Below, in pieces: positions 26,138 to 35,430 of a DNA stretch of 64,000 bases. Source of the DNA: Cyanophora paradoxa CCMP329 (taxonomy: Eukaryota; Plantae; Glaucophyta); NCBI GenBank assembly GCA_004431415.1, contig QPMI01000120.1, positions 30,186 through 94,185 on the forward strand. Reading direction: 5' to 3'. The notes beneath the pieces are model-generated. The model was not told where the DNA came from and made no database searches. It saw only the letters and a program-made list of their open reading frames with translations. The number at the start of each line of letters is the position of its first letter. Positions within the stretch are counted from its first letter, which is position 1. Made by a program: the position numbers and the translations under genes.

Positions 26138-26863
26138 TGCCGGTACGACTCCAGCGTGTAGTGCCCAGGGGCAAGGTCCAACTTCGGGCCGGCGGCCCAG
26201 GCAAACCCGCACGAGGCGAGCGGTACGGAGACAGAAGCCGAGGGGGCCCTGCCCTCATCGCGCAGCACGTTAGCCGCAAGAGCGCACGCTGCAACAGCAA
26301 CGCGGGGCGTAGCGTCGCGATGGCGCTCGATAGCCCACAGCAATATGCCCGTCCCAGCGCTTAGGGATATGCAGCCCGTCGTGCGACGCTGCCTAGGCAC
26401 AAGCCGCGCTCCCACAGCAATTGCACGGCATCGAATCGGGGGACCCCGACGGCGGTGGAGCTAGGGATCTCCAGGGCGAGGCTAGGCGCCGCCACAGGGC
26501 TCAAACCACCGTCACTCGTGACGGCAGGTGCCCTGCCCGACCCGTGCATGCACGTCCATTGCGAGGGGGACGTGACCCTCCCAGGCGAACTGCCACCGAG
26601 CGTCCCCGGTGCAGAGCCCTGAATGGGGGAATTTTTGCGTCCCCAGTCGTCGTACCCGGAGTGGGATCCGGCGTAACGACCGCCTGCGTGTACCCCACCG
26701 GCGCAAGGCGCGCCCTGGTACACCGCCAGGTCTTACACGGAGGGGGAATGGACATCCCCTGTCGCTGTACCCGAGGCAGAACTCGGCGTCACAGCCGCCT
26801 ACCGACCCTTCTGCAGACGCGAGGCGCGTCCTAGGGCTCGGCTAGGTCTTCGGAGGGCCCCAG

Positions 26864-26998
26864 CCCTGTCACCGTGCCGAGCTGTGCTCAAGGCCACCGG
26901 CCGCCCGCGGCTCATCCAATTTGCCCGGGTCTTTACAAGGGACTCGCACCCTGTCACCGCGCCGAGCTGTGCTCAAGGCTGACGGCCGCCCGCAGCCT
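26864..26998. repeat. ~48-bp direct repeat x2 in the element 3' region
   Basis: ccctgtcaccg[t/c]gccgagctgtgctcaaggc...ggccgcccgc at ~26864 and ~26949. Confidence 0.8.
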
Positions 26999-27163
26999 CT
27001 TCTCTCGGCTCGGGGCTTTCGCGTTGTGCGCGGGGCTCTGAGGCCCGTCGATCCAGCCCGCCGGGGCGATCTTCCCGCTCAGCGCTGCCGAGGGGCTAGC
27101 GCAGCCGCCCTCATGTCCTCGCCCTCGCGTGGGGTCGGGACGCGGCTCGGAGCCGGCTTTCCC

Positions 27164-30100
27164 TCAAGCCGCTCCCGCCGGAGCCGCCGGCGCTGCGGCC
27201 ACGGCTGCCGGCCCACCCGTCGCCTTGGGCCGCCCTCGGGCCGGCCGTGCAGGCGCGTTCGCGTCTCGCACGCGGAACGGGATCATGCAATCGATATGCA
27301 CGATCGTCTCACGGGTGTCGCGCGCCTTCTGGCGGCCGGCGCCCACCGCGCCGTAGGGCCGCGCAAGGCCACGTACGACGTACGTGTACCCGCCCGGGTG
27401 CACGCTCATGACGGTGAAAGGGCCGACCCAGGAGTTGAACAACCCCTTGTCACGGTCGCCCAGCCAGCACAGGACTTTGTCGCCCACGCCGAAGCGGCGG
27501 CGGTCCGGCAGGTCACCCGTCCGGTGCACCATTTGGCGGCGGTACCAGCGGCGGTACTCGCGCACTGCAGCCTCGCGGCTCTTCGCGGCACGCACTACGA
27601 TGGACACGTAGTCGGCGTAGCTAAGGGTGTCGAGCAGCTCGACCCCGAAGCGCACGTCCGCGGGCAGCGTGAGCTCGTGCCCCAGGTGCAGGAGCGCGGG
27701 CGAGTAGCCCGTGGCCGCGTGCACGGTCGTGCGGAGCGCCAGCTGCACTTCGTGCACGTGCTGGTCCCACTCGTGCATCGGCTCGCGCTCGGCGCGGCAC
27801 GCCGCGTGGAGCAGCGTCTTCACGACGCCCCCCAGCCGCTCTACCAGCCCATTCGTCGAATGGTGGTATGCAGCGGCGTAAATGAAACGAGTCCCGAGCT
27901 TCCGGAAGTACTCGTTGAACGGGCCGCCCTTCAGGCTGGACCCGTTGTCCATGAGGAGGCGCAGCGGCACGCCCTCATTCGAGACGAAGTCTCGGCCCAT
28001 TTCGAGCATGGACCAGCCGTCCAGGTCGGCTTTTGGGTACAACCGCGTGTACTTGTCCCACGCGTTCACCCAGGCAACCAAATAGCGGTTGCCACGCGGC
28101 GTCGGGTCAAGGTGGAACACGTCCACCTGCCACAAGTCATTCCGGCCCTCGGCCTCGATGACTGCGATCGCGGTTCGCCGCGGCTTCACAGCTTTGGCGA
28201 ACTGGCAGCAATGGCAGCTCCGCACGTAGCGAGCGACTGCCGCAAGCATGCCCGGCCACCAGAACCTCAGCAGGATCCGGCGGGCGACGATCGAGGCGCC
28301 GCGGTGGCCCCACCCATCGTGGTACGCGTACAGGACGCGGTCCTGCCAGGACTCAGGCAGGACGGGCACGAAGCGCCCGTGGGGCGCGGCTGGGCGGCGG
28401 ACGAGCACGCCGTCCGTGTCCACGTCAAATTTCTGGGCGAATTTGACGAAGGCCGCTTTGGCCTGACTGCAGAGGTAGCAGTCGCCCGTCTGGCAGGAGG
28501 CGCGCGTGCAGCGCGCCTCGTTCACGCCGTTCTCGTGCCAGGAGAACAGCTTACGGCACAGCGAGTCCGCCTTCTGCGCAGCGAGCAGCCGGACTCGCCG
28601 CGCAGGGAACATGTGGCGCAGGGCCTCGGGCAGGGGCCCGTCAAGGGAAGGCGGCGGCGCGCAATCCCAGGTGTCCTGGACCAGCTCCAGCAAGCGCGGC
28701 TTGCGGCGGTCTCGGACCTCGCCCAGCTCAGGGCCGGGGGCGATGGCGCCGGACGAGAGGAGCTCCCGTTCCAGGCCCGCGGCTGGGCCGCCGCTCGAGC
28801 CGGCGTCGCCGCTCGAGGGCGCCTCAGGGGCAGCCGGCGGCTCAGATGAGCCCGCTGTCGCCGCAGCGGTCGACGCAGCCGCGGAGGACGACGCCGCCGG
28901 GGCGCCGCCCTCGGGCCCCTCGTCGGGATCGTCCTGACGGGGGTACAGCGGCGGGCCGCAGCGCCAGTGGCGCGGGTTGTCGGCCTTGCGGGGTGTCTTG
29001 CCCCGGCGCGGGGCCTCAAGCGGACGCTGGTCGCGCGGCAGGGGCGCGACAGGCCCCTCGTAGCGCCGCGGTCCCGACGGGAGCCGGCGGCGTACGCGAT
29101 CGAGGAGGGTAACGGGGAACCCGTCCTCGTCGAGCTCCAGCTCGGACGCCTCGTGCGGGGCCTCAGGCCCCGGCACGGGCGGGGCGACCTCGCCATCGGA
29201 GCCCAGCTCCATGGGGTCGGCCTCGGGAGCCGGCGGTGGGCTCGGAGAGCGCGGTGCCGGCGGCAGACCCTGCTCGACCGCGAGGCGGTGCCACTCATCG
29301 ACCTCCTGCCGCATCGCGGCCCAGGTGGTCGGCTTGCGGCCGCGCCGGGTCGGCGGGCCGGCCTGCGGCAGCTGCGGTGCTGCGGGCAGGGGCGCCTCCT
29401 GCCCTGCGGCAGGGGCTTGGGGTTCGGGCGGCGCCGGGGCCCCCTGGGGCTCGGCCTCGGCGTCCGCCGGCGCGGCTCTGGGCGCGCGCTCGGAGAGGGG
29501 GACGGGCTCGTCGTCGGAGCCCTCCCGGAAGGCCTCAGGCGGCGCGCGCGTCCGGCGTGGACGCGGCCCCTGGGCGGGCTGGACGTCTCGCCTTGCGGCG
29601 GGAGCGCCCTCGAAGGCGAGCTGGCGCCGGAGACGAGCCTGTCGCCTCGCGACGAGGATCTCCGCCCGGCTCGGCGGGGCCGCCGGCGTTTCGGCCTCGG
29701 CGGGCCCAGGCGCATGGGCGGGGCCCGGCAGCGCGGCCTCGTCCGGCTCATCAGCCAGCTCGGTCAGGCGGGGGCCCGGCGGGGCTTCCACGGCAACCCG
29801 GGCGTCCGCAGCGCCCTCGGCGCCCAGAGCGACTGCAAACAGCGGCAGCGGCTCATCGAGGTCGCCGGGCTGGGGCACGCCATGCCCCGCAGCGCCAGCC
29901 AGCGCGTCAGGCGCGGCTGAGCTGCCGTCGGCGCCGCCAGGGGCGAGAACCGGGTGGTTCAACGGGGGCCGCGAGCAGGCGTCGGGCCCTCCGTTATTGC
30001 GCCCCGCGCGGTACTCTACGACGAAGTCGTAGGACTGCAGGAGGAGGGACCAGCGTCCCAGCCTCCCAGAGGTCGCCTCGCGCGAGCGCAGCCACTGGAG

Positions 30101-32614
30101 CGCTTGGTGGTCCGTCCGGACCAGGAACTGGGGCCCTCCCAAGAGGAAGTGCCGCCAGTATTTTATTGCCCATACAACCGCCAAGCACTCGAGCTCGGTG
30201 GCGGTGTAATTCCGCTCAGCGGGCGCCAGCGTTCGGCTGATGAACGCGATGGGCCGCTCACGGGCGGGCGAGCCGCCGTCGGACTGCGACAGGATCGCGC
30301 CGATGGCGTACGTCGACGCGTCGGTCGACAGGATGAAGGGCCGCTCGAAATCCGGGTACCCGAGTACCAGATCCTCGAGCAGGGCAGCCTTCAGCGCCTC
30401 GAAGGCGGCTTGGTGGACCTCGGTCCATTGCCACACGGCGTCCCGAAGCAGCAGGCGCTGCAAAGGGTGGGTGACACGGGCAAACCCGTTCACGAACCGC
30501 CGGTAGTACCCGGCCAGGCCCAGGAACGACCTCAATTGGTCAGCGTTCGCTGGCGGCGGGTACTGGCGAATGAACGCCAGCTTCGCGGGGTCCTGGCGGA
30601 TCCCTTCGGCCGAGACGAGGTGCCCGAGCAGGGCAACCTCGGCCACCCCAAAGCGGCACTTGGAGGGCTTCAGGCGCAAGTTCGCCGGCATGATTGCGCG
30701 GAACAAGGCCTCGAGGTCCAGCAGGTGCTGGGGCACGCTCGGCGAGAACACCGTTATATCGTCGATATAAGCGGTGACGCAAGTCGTGAGCAGGGGGCCG
30801 AGGATGGCAGTCACGGCGCGCGAGAAGGCGGCCGGCCCGTTGGTCACACCGAACGGGGTCACGCGCCACTCGTAGTGGCCCCAGGGCACCACGAAGGCCG
30901 TGTACTGCCGGGACGCAGGGTCCAGCGGCAGCTGCCAGAAGCCCGCCGTCGCGTCGACGGTCGAGAAGATCATGGACCCCCGCAGGCGGTCCAGCTGATC
31001 GTCGATCCGCGGCAGCGGAAAGACGTCGCGCTCGGTGATCGCATTTAAGCGTCGGTAATCGACGCAGAACCGCCAGGTGCCGTCCTTCTTAGGAGCGAGC
31101 ACGACCGGCGAGCCGTAGGCGGCTTGCGAGGGCTGGATCAGGCCCAACTCAAGGAGCCGCTTTATTTCAGCACGGGCGAAGGCCTCGGCGTGCGGGCTTA
31201 CACGCCGCGGAGGCGTGAAGACGGGCAGCCGTGAGGTCAATCGGATCACGTGCTCGTAGTGGAGGAGGTTGGCCGTGCCCTCGGTGGCCGTGACCGAGTC
31301 GGCGAACGCGCGCGAATAGCGCTTGAGCAGAGCCTCGAGCTCGGCGCGTTCAGCAGTGCTCATCGCCGGATGCGAGCCGCATTCCGGGATTTTTGCACGT
31401 GCTTGGTTCCACTCCTCCTCTTCGGAAGACGACGTCCCCGTCGTTTCCGGAGGCGCCCTCGGGGGGCCGCCATGGGAGGGGCCAGGCGCTGGGCCCGGAG
31501 GGGCGGCTCGCAGCGGCGCCTTGCCCTTGTCCTTGCCGCGCGCGGCAGAAGACTCGGCTGAGGAAGGCGCGCCCGGCGCGTCCGTGGTACGGACGGAGCA
31601 GCCAGGGCCGTCCAGCGGTGCTGGTGCCGTCACGGGGCGGGCGGCAGCTGTGCTCGGCGCAGGCGCCGGCGGCTCGGCTGCGTCGGCAGCGAGATTTATT
31701 TGATCCCCGGAGGGATTGGCGGGGACTGCGTTAGCCCCCTGGCGTGCAGCGCGAGCCGCGCGGGCGCGGCGGCGTGCGGCTCGCTCGGCGCGACGGGCCG
31801 GCCGGGTTCGTTCACGCTCCTCAGGGGAGGTCCAACCCGGGTACCCGACGTCGCGCTCGAGGTCGGAGTCGGTGTCGGACGACACCGGCTCATCGTGGAG
31901 CGCGAGGCCCTCCATTGTGACGATGGGGACCTCGTGGCCCTCGCCATCGTCGTCGCGCATCATGCGGACAAACAGCGGAGGTGCGCTCGGCGCAGGCTCC
32001 TGCCCTTCAGCTGCAGTCGCGTCGGACTGCCGGGCGGCGGTTGCCGCAAAGATAGGCCCCGGGGCAGGGTGCTGGGGCGGTTGCGCGCCCTCAGCTGCCG
32101 TGTAAGCCGCGGCCGTTCGGTTGGCCCGGCGACGCATCGAGCGAAAGCCTTGTCCCCGTTTAGGGTAGAAGGCTCGCAGCGTGCGTATGAAAGTATCGGC
32201 GACCGCGCGCACGGGCGCGTCATCTGGTGGCGGGTCGTACCCGAAGTCGCCGGGCGGCAGGTTATTAGCCTCCGCCACCGCAACAACGGCCCCTGCTGGC
32301 AGCAGGACGGGCTCGTTGGCGGGATTTAATAGCCGCACGTGCAGGCTTCCGCCTGCGGCTGGGCGCCGGTGTAGCTGGTGGGGCGCGAGTACCCCGAGCG
32401 CCGACAAGGAGTCGGGCGCTGGCCCGACGGCGAGCGTCGGAGCCTGGTCCGCGGGCGGCGCAGGGCCGTCAATCACGCAGCGGACCATCCACTCGCGCGC
32501 GTCCTTTAGGACGACAGGGCGAAGGACCCGGACAAGGAGAGGCCCCTTCGTTTGTCCGGGCAGCAAAAAGGGATCACGTGGGGGCGGAATTGCGCGTCGC
32601 GCGCGTGCAGGCAC
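27164..32614 (-). CDS. pol: Pol: dUTPase-like linker, reverse transcriptase, RNase H, long low-complexity spacer, integrase (no chromodomain)
   Basis: RT: KKDGTWRFCVDYRRLN, PFGVTNGP, YIDD (30758-30769). RNase H: TDAS, ELECLA, TDHQAL. Integrase: HDGWGH...CHCC, QVD...MDNG...NGLVER, GPF. Confidence 0.97.
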   Translation of the reverse strand: MPARARRAIPPPRDPFLLPGQTKGPLLVRVLRPVVLKDAREWMVRCVIDGPAPPADQAPTLAVGPAPDSLSALGVLAPHQLHRRPAAGGSLHVRLLNPANEPVLLPAGAVVAVAEANNLPPGDFGYDPPPDDAPVRAVADTFIRTLRAFYPKRGQGFRSMRRRANRTAAAYTAAEGAQPPQHPAPGPIFAATAARQSDATAAEGQEPAPSAPPLFVRMMRDDDGEGHEVPIVTMEGLALHDEPVSSDTDSDLERDVGYPGWTSPEERERTRPARRAERAARRRARAARAARQGANAVPANPSGDQINLAADAAEPPAPAPSTAAARPVTAPAPLDGPGCSVRTTDAPGAPSSAESSAARGKDKGKAPLRAAPPGPAPGPSHGGPPRAPPETTGTSSSEEEEWNQARAKIPECGSHPAMSTAERAELEALLKRYSRAFADSVTATEGTANLLHYEHVIRLTSRLPVFTPPRRVSPHAEAFARAEIKRLLELGLIQPSQAAYGSPVVLAPKKDGTWRFCVDYRRLNAITERDVFPLPRIDDQLDRLRGSMIFSTVDATAGFWQLPLDPASRQYTAFVVPWGHYEWRVTPFGVTNGPAAFSRAVTAILGPLLTTCVTAYIDDITVFSPSVPQHLLDLEALFRAIMPANLRLKPSKCRFGVAEVALLGHLVSAEGIRQDPAKLAFIRQYPPPANADQLRSFLGLAGYYRRFVNGFARVTHPLQRLLLRDAVWQWTEVHQAAFEALKAALLEDLVLGYPDFERPFILSTDASTYAIGAILSQSDGGSPARERPIAFISRTLAPAERNYTATELECLAVVWAIKYWRHFLLGGPQFLVRTDHQALQWLRSREATSGRLGRWSLLLQSYDFVVEYRAGRNNGGPDACSRPPLNHPVLAPGGADGSSAAPDALAGAAGHGVPQPGDLDEPLPLFAVALGAEGAADARVAVEAPPGPRLTELADEPDEAALPGPAHAPGPAEAETPAAPPSRAEILVARRQARLRRQLAFEGAPAARRDVQPAQGPRPRRTRAPPEAFREGSDDEPVPLSERAPRAAPADAEAEPQGAPAPPEPQAPAAGQEAPLPAAPQLPQAGPPTRRGRKPTTWAAMRQEVDEWHRLAVEQGLPPAPRSPSPPPAPEADPMELGSDGEVAPPVPGPEAPHEASELELDEDGFPVTLLDRVRRRLPSGPRRYEGPVAPLPRDQRPLEAPRRGKTPRKADNPRHWRCGPPLYPRQDDPDEGPEGGAPAASSSAAASTAAATAGSSEPPAAPEAPSSGDAGSSGGPAAGLERELLSSGAIAPGPELGEVRDRRKPRLLELVQDTWDCAPPPSLDGPLPEALRHMFPARRVRLLAAQKADSLCRKLFSWHENGVNEARCTRASCQTGDCYLCSQAKAAFVKFAQKFDVDTDGVLVRRPAAPHGRFVPVLPESWQDRVLYAYHDGWGHRGASIVARRILLRFWWPGMLAAVARYVRSCHCCQFAKAVKPRRTAIAVIEAEGRNDLWQVDVFHLDPTPRGNRYLVAWVNAWDKYTRLYPKADLDGWSMLEMGRDFVSNEGVPLRLLMDNGSSLKGGPFNEYFRKLGTRFIYAAAYHHSTNGLVERLGGVVKTLLHAACRAEREPMHEWDQHVHEVQLALRTTVHAATGYSPALLHLGHELTLPADVRFGVELLDTLSYADYVSIVVRAAKSREAAVREYRRWYRRQMVHRTGDLPDRRRFGVGDKVLCWLGDRDKGLFNSWVGPFTVMSVHPGGYTYVVRGLARPYGAVGAGRQKARDTRETIVHIDCMIPFRVRDANAPARPARGRPKATGGPAAVAAAPAAPAGAA

Positions 32615-35430
32615 CAGCCAGAGCTGGTCGTGTCTATCCGCCCCTCGACCATCATGATCGTGCCGATGCCCACGAGCAGGTCGGCATTGGGGCCCAGGGA
32701 GCCGTCGGGGACGACGTACACGGCCCGCGAGACGTACACGTCACCGAAGCGCAGCACGACGTGCGCGATTTCGGCCGTGATCGTGGCGTGGTGCAGGAAG
32801 GCCCTCAGGACCTTCACGCCCGTGTACCGGGTGCCCGGGGGCATGTGGCGCTTCTCGCCAACTTCGCCCATAGCGCCGGTGTCAAAGAGGATTTGGACAC
32901 GCGTGCTAGCGCCGAGAGTGCCGTCGGCATTCAGGGCGTAGACGAATCCTGGGCACTGCAGCTGCAGGCGCCGGAAATCGTGCGGGCGGCCCGAGATCCC
33001 ATCGATCACATGCGCAATCGGGATAGGGGCGTTGAGGCCGCCGGGCGGGGCGCCTTCGGGGGACTCCGGGACCGCGAGGTCCGACGGACGGTCCGGGCCG
33101 TACCCGGTGAGGTCACCAGGGTCGGCGGCGGGCGTGGGGAAGTGCAGCGACGAGCGCTGCCGGCTGTTGCTGGCGTGCAACGCCGCGGACCGACTCTGCG
33201 GGGCTGCAGAGGTTTTCCGGTCCGGCCCGTCCGTGAGGGGCTGCGGCTCCCTGGTCGCAGCCGCCATGACGCTTTCGGCAATAGACCGCGGCTGCAGTGC
33301 AGCGCGCGTCGCGAAGTCGTCCTCGCCTTCATCGTCCCCGTAGACACGGAGGACGGCACGGGCGCCAGGACGGCAGCGGCCCTCGGCCTGGCGCGCCTGG
33401 GCCTGCCCGATCAGCCGGAGCAGCTCGGATTCGATCCGATCGAACTGTTCCAAGCTGGGAACGGCCGCAGCCCAAATCGTCGCTGCGACGTTAAGGGCCG
33501 CCCACGAGGCGCCGCTGGGCAGCGTCGTGCCCGGAAGATTGTGACCGGCGGCGGTCGCAATCTCGTCCAGGACTTCGGACAGAAGCGGCGGGCTTGCTTC
33601 GTTGCCAGCCTCGAGCAGGAGGCGCAAGCGAGCGCGCCAGTTTTTGGCGGCTTGGTAGTGGGCTGCACCGGCGCTGTCGCCGGGCGCCGGCGCGCCGGGG
33701 CCAGCAGGGGCGGTCACGCCCGGCATCGGCGGCCCGTACATCATGCCCGGCGGCCAATAGTAGCCGCCGCCTCCGGGCATCTGAGGCATCAGGGCCGGTG
33801 GCGGCCCGCCCCAGGTGGGCCGCGGCGGCGGCGGGCCCATGGGGAATGGCGGGTACGCCGCGGCGTCAGCCGGCGGGACACCGCTGGGCGCAACGCGAGC
33901 CCGCTTGTTGCGGCGCTCGGCTTCGGCAAGGAGGCGGGCGCGCGTCTCCTCCGGCGTGGGCGCCGGCGCGGGCGCGTCCTCGAGCTCGAGGCCGTGCTCA
34001 CGCGCGACGGCAGCGAACGCTGCGTCATCGAGGCCGGCGAATTCGTCGGCGGCACTCGCCGCAGGCGCGGTCGAGGCGGTCACCGTGACGCGGTTGCCGT
34101 GCATCACGCGCCGGTCCCGGTGGGTGCCTTCACGGGCACGGCCACCACGAGCACGGTCGGCGGGGGACCGGGAGGAGGACTCGCGCGGCGGTGCAGAGCG
34201 AGCCTCGCGGCGCTCGGCTTCCGGGTGCTGCCGCTTCGCGCCTTGCGGCGTGCGGGACGCACGGCGCCGCTCAGGCACCGGCGAGCGGGAGGCGCGGGGA
34301 GCGGGGCTCGGCTCGCGCGACCCGGAGCCCGTTGTGCCCGAGGCAGAGGACGCTTCGTCCTTTGCCTTCTTGGGCGTCGAGTCGCCTCGGACTTGGGCCC
34401 GCAGGGTCTTCGGGATGACCTCGGGGCGGCGCCCGCTCCAGTGCATGAGGAGGGCAGCCGACATCCGGTAATGGAACGGCGTGACCGCCATTACCGTGGT
34501 GCCCAGGTCGGGCGCATCCGCAGGTGCGGGGAAGGGCGCATCCGGCTTAGCGACCGTGTCGAAAGCCGGCGCCGGCCAAAGGTCTGAGACCAAGAGGCGC
34601 GGCGGGCGGGCGCTCGTCATGATGGGCCAGAGGACATCATTGATCTTCTGAACCCAGCTCAGGAGAGCCCGCGAGGTGGCTTCCTGGCCGTGGAGCATGT
34701 GATCCTCGCCAGCATGCGAGAGATGCCGGGCGGCCCACGTGTCACGGTCGACGTGACAGAACTCGCGCATGCCGTGCGCGGTGGTACGGGCGGGCAGGAT
34801 GCGCTCAAGGAGGCGAACATCCAAGCAGCCGACAGTGTCCTCATGCTTTGCGAGCAGCGCGCGAAGCTGAGTCGTCGCCGGCAGACCCCAGATCTGCAGC
34901 ATCGCGTCTGCGAGCTGCTTCTTCGACGCCGGCGCATTGTCGAGCCACGATGTGGCGACAGCGGTAGGGCGGGGAAGGTCTGGCATGGAGAACCAGAACA
35001 GGGTCGCCAGCGGAAGCTGGGAGGCCAGAACAAGGGCCGCGTACTCGTCGACAATATCCGTAGGGACTTTGTCTTTGACGGTGTGGTAGACAGCGTAAAG
35101 CTCGTCACCATCGACCGTGCGCATGTGAGTACCGCGCTTGTCAGCGCTCAGAGTATTGCGGTCGCCGCGATAGCAGATATCCCGCAAGAACTCATAGGCC
35201 GCGGTCGGCCCCACGACGTGCATCTGCACGTTGTACCCTGCCACCGGCGCCGGGCGCCGGGGCTCAGGCAGCTCGTGGCCGAGGATCCAACCGGCCAAGT
35301 GGTTCACATACCCCGCAAGCAGGGATGCGACGAACTCACGAGTCGGCAGCGGCGCCCACGTGGCGCCGTTCTCGGTGGCGATGGGGCAGACGAGCGGGTG
35401 CATCCGCGTCCCCTTGTGCATTGGATTCAC
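32506..35430 (-). CDS. Polyprotein segment: unknown N-terminal region plus retroviral-type aspartic protease
   Basis: QILFDTGA (32875-32883) and DLLVGIGT lie near the C-terminus; the upstream ~800 aa are unassigned. Confidence 0.8.
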   Translation of the reverse strand: MNPMHKGTRMHPLVCPIATENGATWAPLPTREFVASLLAGYVNHLAGWILGHELPEPRRPAPVAGYNVQMHVVGPTAAYEFLRDICYRGDRNTLSADKRGTHMRTVDGDELYAVYHTVKDKVPTDIVDEYAALVLASQLPLATLFWFSMPDLPRPTAVATSWLDNAPASKKQLADAMLQIWGLPATTQLRALLAKHEDTVGCLDVRLLERILPARTTAHGMREFCHVDRDTWAARHLSHAGEDHMLHGQEATSRALLSWVQKINDVLWPIMTSARPPRLLVSDLWPAPAFDTVAKPDAPFPAPADAPDLGTTVMAVTPFHYRMSAALLMHWSGRRPEVIPKTLRAQVRGDSTPKKAKDEASSASGTTGSGSREPSPAPRASRSPVPERRRASRTPQGAKRQHPEAERREARSAPPRESSSRSPADRARGGRAREGTHRDRRVMHGNRVTVTASTAPAASAADEFAGLDDAAFAAVAREHGLELEDAPAPAPTPEETRARLLAEAERRNKRARVAPSGVPPADAAAYPPFPMGPPPPRPTWGGPPPALMPQMPGGGGYYWPPGMMYGPPMPGVTAPAGPGAPAPGDSAGAAHYQAAKNWRARLRLLLEAGNEASPPLLSEVLDEIATAAGHNLPGTTLPSGASWAALNVAATIWAAAVPSLEQFDRIESELLRLIGQAQARQAEGRCRPGARAVLRVYGDDEGEDDFATRAALQPRSIAESVMAAATREPQPLTDGPDRKTSAAPQSRSAALHASNSRQRSSLHFPTPAADPGDLTGYGPDRPSDLAVPESPEGAPPGGLNAPIPIAHVIDGISGRPHDFRRLQLQCPGFVYALNADGTLGASTRVQILFDTGAMGEVGEKRHMPPGTRYTGVKVLRAFLHHATITAEIAHVVLRFGDVYVSRAVYVVPDGSLGPNADLLVGIGTIMMVEGRIDTTSSGWCLHARDAQFRPHVIPFCCPDKRRGLSLSGSFALSS

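Noticed and set aside
25857-27163. env-like ORF downstream of pol
   Set aside because: No long sense ORF, signal peptide or TM segment.
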